Shown: positions 28,511-39,039, counted from the stretch's first letter. The stretch: 64,000 nt of DNA from Gemmatimonadota bacterium (GCA_003155795.1 PMEM01000043.1:31925-95924); one strand, 5' to 3'. Notes: generated by a model from the sequence alone, not told the origin. A program made the numbers and translations.

Positions 28511-29682
28511 ATCCGACATAGCAATCACTAAGTAAGTATGCAGCAGTCTTCTTTTATTTGCCATCCAATTAGTTGTGTCCGTGCTTGCGAGCTTCTCCGG
28601 CCTCACCCGTTGAGACCAGTGGTCCGATTATCTGTTGTATAAGGCCTTGGGTAGCGCCGGTGTGTGCCTGAAATTCCGGTACCGAAATGCCACCCCTGTT
28701 GAGCCCGCCGTTTGGAATCCTGGGAGCCTGGTTCCCGGGTGGCCGGGAATCCTAAGAGCGGGCTGGGGCGGGGGTTGGGTAGGCCTAACCCTTGGGGGTG
28801 TTTTTGGGAATGGTGGTTGGTCACGGACACAACTTATAATTTCATAGTTCTGCAAAATTGGCGATGAAATAGAACTGAGCAGGTCAGACTTGGCGGAGCA
28901 CGAGGTGCACGGCCGCAACCGACACCACAGAGACAGCCCCGAGCCTGGCCGATTACCCGTCTGTAACTGTCGGATAATTCCGGGATAACCGCCCAGGGCA
29001 CCCAGGGAGAAACAGGTACCGATGGGCGGTGACCCCTCATCCCATCAGTTTCCGGCGGCGACTCGCGTTCCAGTAGCCCATAGCATCCACACATCGAGCG
29101 CCGCACACAGAACTACCCTTCCTGCCATCTCCGCCGGCTTTGAGAGCCACAACGAAAAACGGGGGTATCGCTGGCTAAATGGGGGCAGTACAAGCCGGAT
29201 GGCCACCGCTGCGAGTAGAAGGACGTCTAGCTCTATCCCAGTGTGCCCCAGGAGAATCTCCTTACAGGCTTCCACCTGAATCACCACCCAGCCGCCGGCG
29301 AAACTGTCTGCTACGAGCTTGGCGAGCGACCAAACGGCCGGCAAAGCCAGTGTACGGAGCGAGCGGAAACCGAGCCGCCACGGCTGGAGGGAAGCGGCCA
29401 GCAGAATAACTAGGGCGATTCGGGCAGCAATGTGGAGCATTCAAGCCTCTTTGGTCGGGGAGGCTTTCTACTTATGGGTCTCGGACGGGAGGCAGCAGTA
29501 GGGCCGAGGGTGACCGGTCGCGAGTGTTCTAGCAGTGCTTGACTATCAGAGAGAGGAGGCATCCGCCGCCGGCGCCGGCTACGAGCCAGGACAAGAATTG
29601 CCCCACCGTCCAATCGGAGATGCTTGAGCGCACGGAGTCCCACCAAGCAGTCCTTCCCTTGTTGTCAGCGATCGCGTGAAAT

Positions 29683-31511
29683 GGGGTCTGCTCAGATTTT
29701 GGTGAAAGGTGAGGCGAGGAGTTAGGCTTCAGGGATCGTTTTGGAGGTGCTGCACCACATGGATGCATTGACTGCGAGCCCGCTGTGCCCGTCTCCGCTG
29801 GAGCTACAGCTCGCCGAGATTCGCTTTGCCGCGCCGGAGCTGATCGTCACCGCAACGGCTCGCCGACGAGTGGTCGCCTGCCCCAAGTGTGGCCACGCCA
29901 GCACGCGGGTGCACAGCCGGTACAGTCGGACGCTCTCCGATCTCCCATGGCACGGGCTACGAGTGCGCCTTGACGTCCACGTTCGCCGCTTCTTCTGCGA
30001 TGTACCGGGCTGCAAGCGGCGGATATTCACCGAGCGACTCCCGAAGACCGCCTCCTCCTATGCCCGGCGCACCGCACGTGCAGCGTCGGCGCTGGAAGCT
30101 ATCGGGCTTGCTCTTGGCGGTCGTGCTGGCGCCCGGCTCGCAGCAGCACTGGGTCTCGCCGGTGCTCCATCGGAAATCCTCTCGATCCTATCCGCCATTC
30201 ATGCCGTCGTAAGCGACTGCAGTAGTGACCGCGCTACATCCACTGTGCGGGTGTTGGGCGTGGATGACTGGGCGTGGCGCAAGGGCCAGCGGTATGGCAC
30301 GATCTTGGTCGACCTGGAGCGGCATCACGTAATCGACTTACTACCGGACCGTGAGTCTGACACGCTCGTCGCATGGCTGTGTGCGCATCCCGGGGTCGAG
30401 TTCATCAGCCGGGACCGCGCAGGTGGTTACGCAGATGCTGCAAGGCGCGGAGCGCCCGGCGCCATTCAAATCGCTGATCGTTTCCACCTGCTGCGCAATC
30501 TGACCGATGCCGCACAGCACGCGTTGGAACGACATCACACCATCGTGCGAGCAATCGGTCTCGATGCAAAGCCGCCGACGCCGGTATTGCTGAAACGTGG
30601 TGGCCCTGTGTCACGCCGATGGACACTTGGAGCGAGCGATCTGCCAGCCAATCCACCGAACGATCCGCCGCTCGCGGAACAGCGCAAGCTCGCCCGGCGT
30701 GCTCGGCGACAGTCGCGCTACGACGAGATGATCGCGCTTCGTACGGGTGGCGCGTCGGTCGCGGCCATCCACCGCTCGCTCGGGCTCAGCCGAAAGACGA
30801 TAATGCGCTGGACAGGAGCAGGCGCCTTCCCCGAGCGGCAGCCCGCAGTGAGAAGAGAGACGTCGTTAACACCACACGCTGAGTATCTCGCCGAGCGGTG
30901 GCGTGGCGGATGTCACAACGTGACCCAACTGTGGCGCGAGCTCCGCGACGGGCGCGGATTTCACGGTGGCCTCACCACTGTACTGGCGTGGGCCCGATTG
31001 CATCTGCGTGGAACGGTGATACCGAAGATACCGGAAGCATCGCTCGCGGTGACGGCGCGTCCGACATCACGTCCGTCCTCACGCCGCGCGGCCTGGCTGC
31101 TGACCGCTCCATTGGATCAGCTCAAAGCGCCGGAACTGCGCTACGTCGAGGCGATCTGCACCGAGTCGAGCGCACTTGCTGCCGTGCATAGTCTCGCGAT
31201 GGAGTTTCGCGGTATGCTCAAGACTCATGATCCTAACGCGCTCGCGCTCTCGCTCGATACGGCCGAGCGCAGCGAGCTTCGATCCCTTGCTGCGGGTCTG
31301 CGGCGTGACAAGGACGCGGTGCTCGCAGCCATCCTCTTCCGCTGGAGTAACGGGCAGGTCGAAGGCCAGGTGAACCGGCTCAAGCTCATCAAGCGCACGA
31401 TGTACGGTCGGGCCGGCTTCGCGCTGCTCCGACGACGTGTGCTCGCCGCCTGACTGCAACGAACCCCAACTCCGAGAGGCGAGTGCCTTCATCAAAAGTT
31501 TGTCAGACCCC
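29683..31511 (+). mobile_element. ISL3-family insertion sequence
   Basis: Imperfect terminal IRs of about 26 bp sharing the 8-bp tip GGGGTCTG (29683-29709, and reverse complement of 31486-31511). They enclose a single ISL3 transposase gene. No target-site duplication seen. Confidence 0.8.
29741..31453 (+). CDS. ISL3 family transposase
   Basis: N-terminal zinc finger CPKCGH...RRFFC. DDE region DDWAWRKGQRYGTILVDLERHHVIDLLPDRE. C-terminus NGQVEGQVNRLKLIKRTMYGRAGFALLRRRVL. Confidence 0.9.
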   Translation: MEVLHHMDALTASPLCPSPLELQLAEIRFAAPELIVTATARRRVVACPKCGHASTRVHSRYSRTLSDLPWHGLRVRLDVHVRRFFCDVPGCKRRIFTERLPKTASSYARRTARAASALEAIGLALGGRAGARLAAALGLAGAPSEILSILSAIHAVVSDCSSDRATSTVRVLGVDDWAWRKGQRYGTILVDLERHHVIDLLPDRESDTLVAWLCAHPGVEFISRDRAGGYADAARRGAPGAIQIADRFHLLRNLTDAAQHALERHHTIVRAIGLDAKPPTPVLLKRGGPVSRRWTLGASDLPANPPNDPPLAEQRKLARRARRQSRYDEMIALRTGGASVAAIHRSLGLSRKTIMRWTGAGAFPERQPAVRRETSLTPHAEYLAERWRGGCHNVTQLWRELRDGRGFHGGLTTVLAWARLHLRGTVIPKIPEASLAVTARPTSRPSSRRAAWLLTAPLDQLKAPELRYVEAICTESSALAAVHSLAMEFRGMLKTHDPNALALSLDTAERSELRSLAAGLRRDKDAVLAAILFRWSNGQVEGQVNRLKLIKRTMYGRAGFALLRRRVLAA

Positions 31512-33109
31512 CACTGCAAGCGTCTCGGCTAACTGACGACGGCGGCCGGATCCGAAAGGGTCCGGCCGTTCTTGCGGTTCATAAGCTGGCCGAGCCCACG
31601 CTGCCCAAACGACTGCTCGCGAAAATCGGTTCGCTGACTCTTGCGAGGATAGCCAAGTTCCTGCACTATAACGACGTTGGCAATCCTGCCGACAAAACGC
31701 AGCCCACTTTGGGGGTGGCGAATGGGACTCTTCAGCAACGAGGACAAGCCGAGCGAGGAGACGGAGGAACACAACCGGGGTCAAGAGGAAGGTGCGCACG
31801 AAACCCTCTGGGACCAGTTGACTACTCCGCGGATCTTTGAGTCCTCGGCTCACGAGAAGGGCAGAGAGAACGGCCACAGGAACCGACCGGACGAGCCCGA
31901 TGAGGAGTCCGACGACGAGTGACGCGGGTCTGTAACGGAGCTCGGCCGAGTACCTGACCCAAGTCGGGGGTACTCGGCCGAGCTTACGTTTGATGTGGAA
32001 CCGCCGCGGGATGCCGGCGGCGGCAACGGGTGGTTTAGCACTCGGCTTCCGCGCGGGAGGCCATCATCATCGACAGGAGGCGGGGCGGAAGCGGCTCGGG
32101 TTGTCCAGCGTCGGGCACGCGTGGCCGGCATGTTCGAGCCGGCGTGCGCTGAAGGATGTCAACGTGACGACGGCTCTTCTTGGTGCTTGCGGCGGTGGTC
32201 TCCATAAGGGCTCCAGGATTGAAAGGTCTCTGCGCTGTCGATGGTTCAGCTTTGTCTCCCGGCAGATCCCGAATCGAGAGTCCTGGAAAAGTTTTTCAAG
32301 ATGTTTTGGCGAGTCGCTGGGGGGACCAGCGCCCCATGCGTATCAAGCATGGGAATCCCCCTGAGGATTAGCCACTGCCTAAGGGTCCCGGGGCATTCGG
32401 GGGAAAGAAGTGCCTCCTGGGCCGCCTCCAGCGGGACATCGGGGAATGAAGGAATCTAGGGTGTAGCGCCCATGGTCTGAGAGCTCAACATCGCCGAAGA
32501 CGGACGCCGGCGTGATGTATGTAGGTAGTGCGACGTCCCACCGGTTGAGGGCGCACACCACATGCGGCCACTGTAAAGAGGAGAGCGCCTACCGCCATGC
32601 GAGGGAGGGGCGCATCCAGCTGGCACCTGTCGCCATAGCCGGTAATACGAATCCCACCCCAGGCGACCCAACGCTCGATGCCGGTCCATCGGCCGCTCGT
32701 CAAGACCAGCACCAGACAACGTGGTCGATATGGTCCAAGGTCACGAGAAACCCGTTAGGAAACCACGACCAAATGGGCCACAGGTCAGCGGAGGCTCTTA
32801 GCACCCGGGACAGAACCGTGTGGGGTGACCGCGTGTCGCTAGGGGAGGAATCCAAGGCCAGCATAGTATCACAATACAGGTCCTCTCCGGCCGACCGCTT
32901 GACGACCTTAGAACTGTAGGCAGCGCGAGTGAAGTTGGTTACAAGCTGCGCTTGCGCGAGCCAGAGACCGGCGGGATTATAGGTAGTACGCTCAGGCTCG
33001 TATGTCTCGTCGGCAGCACATTGCCAACGACGAAAATAGCGGTGCGGGCACAATCCGCGTAGGACAGCCATGACTTCGTTGCTTGCCTTAACACCAACCG
33101 AAAACATCA

Positions 33110-34957
33110 ATGCCGGATAATCCCCGAGATGGAGTTTCGGGAACGCGCTCGCAACGACAGGCGCTTTCACAGTTTATGCGATTACTTCGGCTCGCTCATC
33201 CATATTGGGGAGGCCTAACCAAAGGTCTCTTTCTAGGCATCATCTTGGGCTTGCTCGGGCTAATAACTCCCTACGCCTCGAAACTCCTATTCGACAATGT
33301 GTATCCGGCTCGCGACCTAACGCTACTAAACGTCGTCGTCATCGGAGTAGCGGTCATATCTATAACGACCACGACGATGGGGGCGCTACGCGGGTACTAC
33401 GGCCAAGTGGTCACAGGGAAGCTGGGAAGCGCTGTCGGACTTCTGTACTTCAATCATGTACAGCACCTCCCAGTCGCATTCTTTGACGTGCATCGGGTTG
33501 GCGAGGTCATGAGCAGAGTAGGAGACATTCGCACCGCGCTCGGAACCGTCTCCAAGGTTATACAGTCGGTCTTGGTAAATGGCGTTTTTCTCATTTGTGT
33601 TCCACCCTTCTTAATCGCACTCAGTTGGAAGCTCTCGTTGATTGCCGTCGTGACTACACCTCTTACTGTTGGTGTTACTGCGATAACAAGCCGAGCCGTT
33701 CAACGGTACTTTCGACTCAGCGCAGAAGCGTTCGCCGAGCTTAGCGCGATTCAGGTCGAGGCATTCACGCACATTCGCACAATCAAGGCAATGGCCGGCG
33801 AGCACACGTTTTTCGCCAGCGCGCGCGCCCAAACAGTCAGTACGATTCAGGCCCAACTACGCGCGGCCCGCGTCGGCTCGATAGTGACTATTGTTAATGG
33901 GGTCGTGCGCATAGCGGGTACGGGAGTTCTAACCTGGTATGCGTGGCGATTGATCATCGCGGGTGAATTGACGCTGGGGACCTACGTAGCCTTCACGGCC
34001 TATCTCGGCTATCTAACAGGACCAATAGGTCAACTAACGGATCTCTTTTCGGACTTTCAGCAAACGGCAGTCTCTCTTACCCGCGCATTTGAGTATCTCG
34101 ACATTCTCCCTGAGCAGGACCCGCGCCTCGCTTACGTTCCGCCGTCTGCTCCGACCAAAGGTCGCGGTAGTCTGAAGCTAATCGCGGTCAACCTATCCTA
34201 TGGGTCGGGAAGGCCTATCCTAAAAGAGATATCAGCAGTTCTCGAGGCGGGCAGCATCACGGCTATTGTCGGGCCGAGCGGCGCCGGAAAGTCGTCAATT
34301 TTACGTCTCCTCTGCCGCATGAGCGAACCAACTTCCGGGCAAATCTTGTATGGAGACAGCCCCATCAGTGAATTGAAGATTGGCGACTTCCGTCGCGACG
34401 TCGCGGTGGTCTGGCAAGACCCGGCTCTTTTTCGGGGCACCATTTGGGACAACCTCGCAATGGGAACTTTGGCGGTGTCGATGCAACGAGTTCGCGAAGT
34501 GGTGGCACTGTGCCAGCTCGACAGCCTAATTGACGAGCTTCCACAGCGGTACGAAACGCCAGTTGCAGAATGGGGTGCGACTCTATCAGGTGGACAGCGG
34601 CAGCGGATTGCAATCGCACGTGCCCTTCTCCGGGATACCCCGATCCTGTTGCTCGACGAAGCGACCGCGCAAGTCGATGTGAGAATGGAGAGAGAACTAT
34701 TGACGGCGTTGTTGTCGTGGGCGACGACCAAAATCGTTGTAATTGTGACGCACCGCGTCACGACCGCAGCGATAGCCAATCAGATCTGCGTTGTGGAGGC
34801 GGGGAGAATTACGGCTTCCGGTACACACGAAACGGTTACGGCTGCGAGTCCGATGTATCGCGAATTATGGCAGGCAGCACAAGCAAGTGACACCTTTGCG
34901 GTTGATTGTCCTACAGGAATATTGCGCGCGCGCGACGGGTTGCCTGCGTTCGGGTGA
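33110..34957 (+). CDS. ABC exporter (fused permease/ATPase, no peptidase domain)
   Basis: Six-TM ABC_membrane-like N-terminal half. Walker A GPSGAGKSS, signature LSGGQRQRIAIARAL, Walker B ILLLDEAT. Confidence 0.85.
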   Translation: MPDNPRDGVSGTRSQRQALSQFMRLLRLAHPYWGGLTKGLFLGIILGLLGLITPYASKLLFDNVYPARDLTLLNVVVIGVAVISITTTTMGALRGYYGQVVTGKLGSAVGLLYFNHVQHLPVAFFDVHRVGEVMSRVGDIRTALGTVSKVIQSVLVNGVFLICVPPFLIALSWKLSLIAVVTTPLTVGVTAITSRAVQRYFRLSAEAFAELSAIQVEAFTHIRTIKAMAGEHTFFASARAQTVSTIQAQLRAARVGSIVTIVNGVVRIAGTGVLTWYAWRLIIAGELTLGTYVAFTAYLGYLTGPIGQLTDLFSDFQQTAVSLTRAFEYLDILPEQDPRLAYVPPSAPTKGRGSLKLIAVNLSYGSGRPILKEISAVLEAGSITAIVGPSGAGKSSILRLLCRMSEPTSGQILYGDSPISELKIGDFRRDVAVVWQDPALFRGTIWDNLAMGTLAVSMQRVREVVALCQLDSLIDELPQRYETPVAEWGATLSGGQRQRIAIARALLRDTPILLLDEATAQVDVRMERELLTALLSWATTKIVVIVTHRVTTAAIANQICVVEAGRITASGTHETVTAASPMYRELWQAAQASDTFAVDCPTGILRARDGLPAFG

Positions 34958-35048
34958 CCGCCTGGCGCGGATGGCTCAACACAAGCTCCTGGCTAGAAGC
35001 ACGAGTAGTGTATCGACCACACACTGTCGTTGAACTCTAGGAGAAAAG

Positions 35049-37034
35049 ATGGTGCTTCCAACATTGCTGGAGAAAGATCAACGCGCACTTAGCGATGTCG
35101 CCTCTGACATTGGCGAGCAGCTGTGTCGTGCGGCACTCATCGATGGCAAGACGCGGCACTGGCCGCGTGATTCACCAAGAGATATTCAACCAAACTCGCA
35201 CGACCCAGGCGATGCGACCGTATACGCGGGAAGTGCGGGCATATCTATTGTCCTGGGCGAGTTGTTACGCGCGGAGGGGTCAACAAGAATAGAGGAGGTC
35301 GCAGTCGGTGCTCTTAGACATGCGCTCGAATCCGACAGCACGGTCCTTCCAAGTCATTGTGGCTTCTTTAATGGCCGAGTCGGTTCTGCATACGCGGCCT
35401 TCCGCGTGGGAGAAGCCGCCGGAGATCCTACCTTTATCGAGCGCGGTCGTCGCATTGTGGACGAGCTTCACGGACATGAGTCCGAGGATTACGGAATTGA
35501 TGTCATCTCTGGGGCTGCTGGCGCAATTCCGGTTCTGCTTCGCCTCCAACGCGAGTTCAACATAGATGTAGCTGGCGCCGTAGCGGTCGGACTCGGCGAC
35601 AATCTGCTCGCGCGCGCACGGAGGGAACCGACTGGATGGTCCTGGGATTTCGCGTCAATTTCTTCGGTCCGAAACCTGTCCGGTTTCGCCCATGGCGCAT
35701 CGGGTATCGCCAGTGCTCTTCTCGACTTGTTCGATACAACTGATGACACAAGATATTTATATGCAGCCGAACAGGCTCTCCTGTTCGAGCGTCAGTTCTT
35801 CAATCACCAACTGTGTAATTGGCGCGACAATCGCCATTCAGGAATCCTCCAATTGCAAGAAGCGCACGGCATTGAAGGCGTAGCAGGATTCTTGTCAGCT
35901 GGCGGGAAACTCAAGCCCTACGAACCCTCCTATTCATGCGCTTGGTGCCATGGAGCTCCGGGCATGATTGACGTGCGGCTCCGCATTGGCCTTTTGCTCC
36001 ATGAGCCAACTTGGCTTGAAGAGGCACGCCTAGCCGAAACACCAGTAACTGCGTCGCTCTATACGACAACAAATTACTCTCTATGCCACGGCTCACTTGG
36101 GAACGCAGAGGCTTTGTATCGTGCGGCGCGCGTGTCAGGCGACGTCAGGCTCGGACAAGATATCTTGACATGGTCTACTCAAATACCGACGTGGCATGAG
36201 TCACCAACGCTGAATTGGCGGCCGTCTGGCGCTGCCGCCGACACGGATAAGGTAGAATACTCACTTATGCTCGGTCTCGCTGGTGTGGCTTACTACTGTC
36301 TCATGCTTGCCAATCCCGATGTGCCGTCAATCTTATTCCCGGGAGGGGCGGCAGGTTCTCGTTCTGAACGTGCGGAAAAGTGGCGCGACGGCTGCGACGC
36401 CGCATACTGTGACCACTTCTTTCGTGAAAGTATTCGCATTTCTTCCAGTCTAGGTAATGCGCTCAATCCAACCCGGGTTCCCGGCAACAATAGTTCCGCG
36501 CCACGGGAGCTTTACGCCTCGTTGCTAGGCGTACTGACGGCGGCGGAAGGAGTAACTACCGCTCTCTTACAAGACGCGTCAGCGATTGAACGAACACGAT
36601 TCCTTCTAGAAGTCGACTCTGAAGATCACTTAAGCGACAAGCTCGAGCGGCTTTACAGCGAAGCAGTAGGTGAGCGATGGCGTAACCTGCCGTTACGCGT
36701 GGCTCCGGGAGTGCGCGTGGTCGAAACGGACTACGATTGGGCCGAATGGTCACAACAGTCAGAGGCAGATCGCCCACCAGTGCCCCGGGCCGTCGCTCAG
36801 ACTCACCTGCTCGTGTGGTCACATCGTGGTGTAGCGCAGTACAAGATAGACGAGTTGTCAGCCCAGCTTATCGCATACATGGATCGTCCATACGTGTTAA
36901 AGGATCTATTGGACGAGACGGGTGTGGCGGACGGCGAAACGGACGAGTTGAAAGTACGCGCTGCCGTCAGTCGTGCCGTTGAGCAACTATATGCGGTTGA
37001 CGCATTGATCATTGATATTCCGCTGTTCGAGTAG
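35049..37034 (+). CDS. lanC: LanC-like lanthionine cyclase with roughly 220-aa C-terminal extension
   Basis: GFAHGASGIASAL, AWCHGAPGM and SLCHGSLGNAEAL match the LanC His and Zn-ligand motifs. The extension is beyond normal LanC length. Confidence 0.8.
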   Translation: MVLPTLLEKDQRALSDVASDIGEQLCRAALIDGKTRHWPRDSPRDIQPNSHDPGDATVYAGSAGISIVLGELLRAEGSTRIEEVAVGALRHALESDSTVLPSHCGFFNGRVGSAYAAFRVGEAAGDPTFIERGRRIVDELHGHESEDYGIDVISGAAGAIPVLLRLQREFNIDVAGAVAVGLGDNLLARARREPTGWSWDFASISSVRNLSGFAHGASGIASALLDLFDTTDDTRYLYAAEQALLFERQFFNHQLCNWRDNRHSGILQLQEAHGIEGVAGFLSAGGKLKPYEPSYSCAWCHGAPGMIDVRLRIGLLLHEPTWLEEARLAETPVTASLYTTTNYSLCHGSLGNAEALYRAARVSGDVRLGQDILTWSTQIPTWHESPTLNWRPSGAAADTDKVEYSLMLGLAGVAYYCLMLANPDVPSILFPGGAAGSRSERAEKWRDGCDAAYCDHFFRESIRISSSLGNALNPTRVPGNNSSAPRELYASLLGVLTAAEGVTTALLQDASAIERTRFLLEVDSEDHLSDKLERLYSEAVGERWRNLPLRVAPGVRVVETDYDWAEWSQQSEADRPPVPRAVAQTHLLVWSHRGVAQYKIDELSAQLIAYMDRPYVLKDLLDETGVADGETDELKVRAAVSRAVEQLYAVDALIIDIPLFE

Positions 37035-37059
37035 CGCTCTCACGGGGCGAAAACTTTGT

Positions 37060-39039
37060 ATGGGCATGAATTTTATTATGTCGGCTACAAATGAACGCCT
37101 TGTCGTACCCAAGGCAGCCAGATGTGCTCGCGCGGGACTTTTTGATAGACTGCTCGTTACACTGAGCTTGCTACTCTTGTGGAATGCGACAATTGGTGTA
37201 CCGGCACAAGGCCAGGGAATACTGAATTCGGGATTCGAAGTCCCTAGCGACATCGATCCAGCTCATGCCTGGGGGTGGAGTAGCGATCAAACTGCGTATG
37301 AAGCGTTGAGAGACTGCCGTGTTGCAAAGACGGGCCGCTGTTCGCTGTTAGTGCGCTCCGCGCCTTCTACGAATGCGTCTGACACCGGTACCGTCGCTCG
37401 CCAAATCACCGCTGCCGCGTTAAGGTCCAAGGACGTGGAAGTTCAGGTAAGCGTCCACATCGGCGCTGGCGATGGCCAAGTTAGTCTTTGGATCCGTGCC
37501 GACGGACCTGACGGCCGGAACGAAGGTTTTATTGAAACCCGCCTGCAAGAATCAGCAGACTCGACACAATGGACTACGCTGCGAGCTCGGCTGCACGTTA
37601 CGCACAAAACGCAAGCCTTGACCGTCGGTTTTTTGGTCGTCGGGAGACGGACCGTCTGGTTCGATGATCTACGGATACTCGTAAACGGTTCTGACTACGA
37701 TACTGTCCTAGCGGCCGAGGTACAGCATGCGGTCCCGGAACGAAAGCTTCGTCAATATGCCACTTCGATGGGAACTTCTAATCCTCTGATACCGCTTTCG
37801 GACACGGCCGCGCTCGCGCGGGTCATCGACGGTGCGCGAGTTGTTGCGCTCGGTGAAGCAACGCACGGCACGCATGAGTTTTTTGCAATGAAGGACCGCG
37901 TGATACGGTCGCTCTTCGAACGAAACGGTTTTACTGCGGTATTGATGGAGTGTAGCATGCAGCAAGCTCGGCGCGTAAACGCGTATATACTCACTGGCGC
38001 TGGAGATCCTCGTAAGCTCGTTGCAAACCTTGGATTCTGGTCGTGGGACACTGGCGAGGTAGTTGAACTGATCAGATGGCTTCGGCTATATAAGCTTCAA
38101 GGTCATGAAGTGGAGTTCTGGGGATTCGACACGCAATCCCCCGAAGGAGCGATGGACAGCGTGATTGCGTTCTCACAATCGACAAACCCTGCTATCGCAG
38201 ATCGGATCGCCCGGCGCTATGCTGCAATTCGTCCAATATTACAAAGGCTTCCAGCAACTGGTGGCGGCACCGATTCCGCAAGTTCACAATTCTGGGTTAG
38301 CGCTTCGCGCGACGGGCTTGCACTACTGGATCAGCAGGTTGGATCGGACGTTAACGTCGGTTCACGCGAGAGGTGGGCCCGCCTATATGCAAATATTGTT
38401 GTTCAATCAGGCCTGCAGTCACTTGCCGCAAGCACCCGAAACGGATTAGTACGGGATAGTATTATGGCGGCGAACATCGAGTGGATTATCGCCCAGCTGC
38501 CAAGTACGGCACACGCAGTCGTTTGGGCGCATAACGGACATGTAGAGCGGAGCCAGGCATCCATGGGCTGGCATCTTAACCAGAAGTTCGGTGATAAGTA
38601 CCGAGTTATCGGGATGACCAGCTATGAAGGAAGCTACCTTGCGGCGGGCCCTAACGGTTTTCGGGCTTATTCTGAGGGTGTCGCGCCCGTCGGTAGTATT
38701 GAGTCGGCTCTTCATCGTTTAGGGGTTCCGATCCTGCTATTGAACGTTCGCTCGTTGCGAGCCGATCCAGCTATGATTTGGTTCGCCGAACCACACGAGT
38801 TCCTTGCCGTTGGCGCGATTGCGGAGGAACCATCGTTTTCCCCGGTGACCTTGGCGACAGCGTTCGATGGGCTAATTTATTTCGCTCATACTTCCCCATC
38901 CGCTACTGCGCTTTCGCTGTTGCTACCGGCCACAGTTGCAACGCACGGCTTCATTCGATGGAGCTACGTCCCACTGCTGGTAATTATCGTAGCAGTCAGC
39001 GCGCTAACCGGGCTATATGTTAAAAAGCGCGCGAAGTAG
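37060..39039 (+). CDS. erythromycin-esterase-family protein with N-terminal beta-sandwich module and C-terminal TM anchor
   Basis: VVALGEATHGTHEFFAMKDRVIRSLF matches the Ere/ChaN-type motif. Signal-like N-terminus. C-terminal VPLLVIIVAVSALTGLYVKKRAK. Confidence 0.65.
   Translation: MGMNFIMSATNERLVVPKAARCARAGLFDRLLVTLSLLLLWNATIGVPAQGQGILNSGFEVPSDIDPAHAWGWSSDQTAYEALRDCRVAKTGRCSLLVRSAPSTNASDTGTVARQITAAALRSKDVEVQVSVHIGAGDGQVSLWIRADGPDGRNEGFIETRLQESADSTQWTTLRARLHVTHKTQALTVGFLVVGRRTVWFDDLRILVNGSDYDTVLAAEVQHAVPERKLRQYATSMGTSNPLIPLSDTAALARVIDGARVVALGEATHGTHEFFAMKDRVIRSLFERNGFTAVLMECSMQQARRVNAYILTGAGDPRKLVANLGFWSWDTGEVVELIRWLRLYKLQGHEVEFWGFDTQSPEGAMDSVIAFSQSTNPAIADRIARRYAAIRPILQRLPATGGGTDSASSQFWVSASRDGLALLDQQVGSDVNVGSRERWARLYANIVVQSGLQSLAASTRNGLVRDSIMAANIEWIIAQLPSTAHAVVWAHNGHVERSQASMGWHLNQKFGDKYRVIGMTSYEGSYLAAGPNGFRAYSEGVAPVGSIESALHRLGVPILLLNVRSLRADPAMIWFAEPHEFLAVGAIAEEPSFSPVTLATAFDGLIYFAHTSPSATALSLLLPATVATHGFIRWSYVPLLVIIVAVSALTGLYVKKRAK

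Larger units (their letters stand above)
26989..28518. mobile_element. 1,530-bp non-autonomous transposon-like element (Tn7/Tn402/Mu-like end architecture)
   Basis: Termini TGTCGAATGACAAAG (26989-27003) and the reverse complement of 28504-28518, TGTCGGATGACAAAG (14/15 identical). Flanked by the direct repeat TAGCA at 26984-26988 and 28519-28523. Multiple subterminal repeats. No transposase inside. Confidence 0.7.

Noticed and set aside
28519-29682. Possible tRNA, tmRNA or att site next to the mobile elements
   Set aside because: I could not find a T-arm (GGTTCGAATCC-like) or acceptor or CCA-end pattern on either strand. I saw only short local inverted repeats such as GGAATCC...GGAATCC.
29675-31519. 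8-bp target-site duplication for the ISL3 element
   Set aside because: The flanking octamers (CGTGAAAT on the left, CACTGCAA on the right) do not match under any reasonable choice of IR boundary.
31677-31922. 81-aa highly acidic ORF (…EETEEHNRGQEEG…DEPDEESDDE) just right of the IS
   Set aside because: It is low-complexity, has no RBS or motif I could recognise, and lies in a decayed region. It could be real, but nothing supports that.
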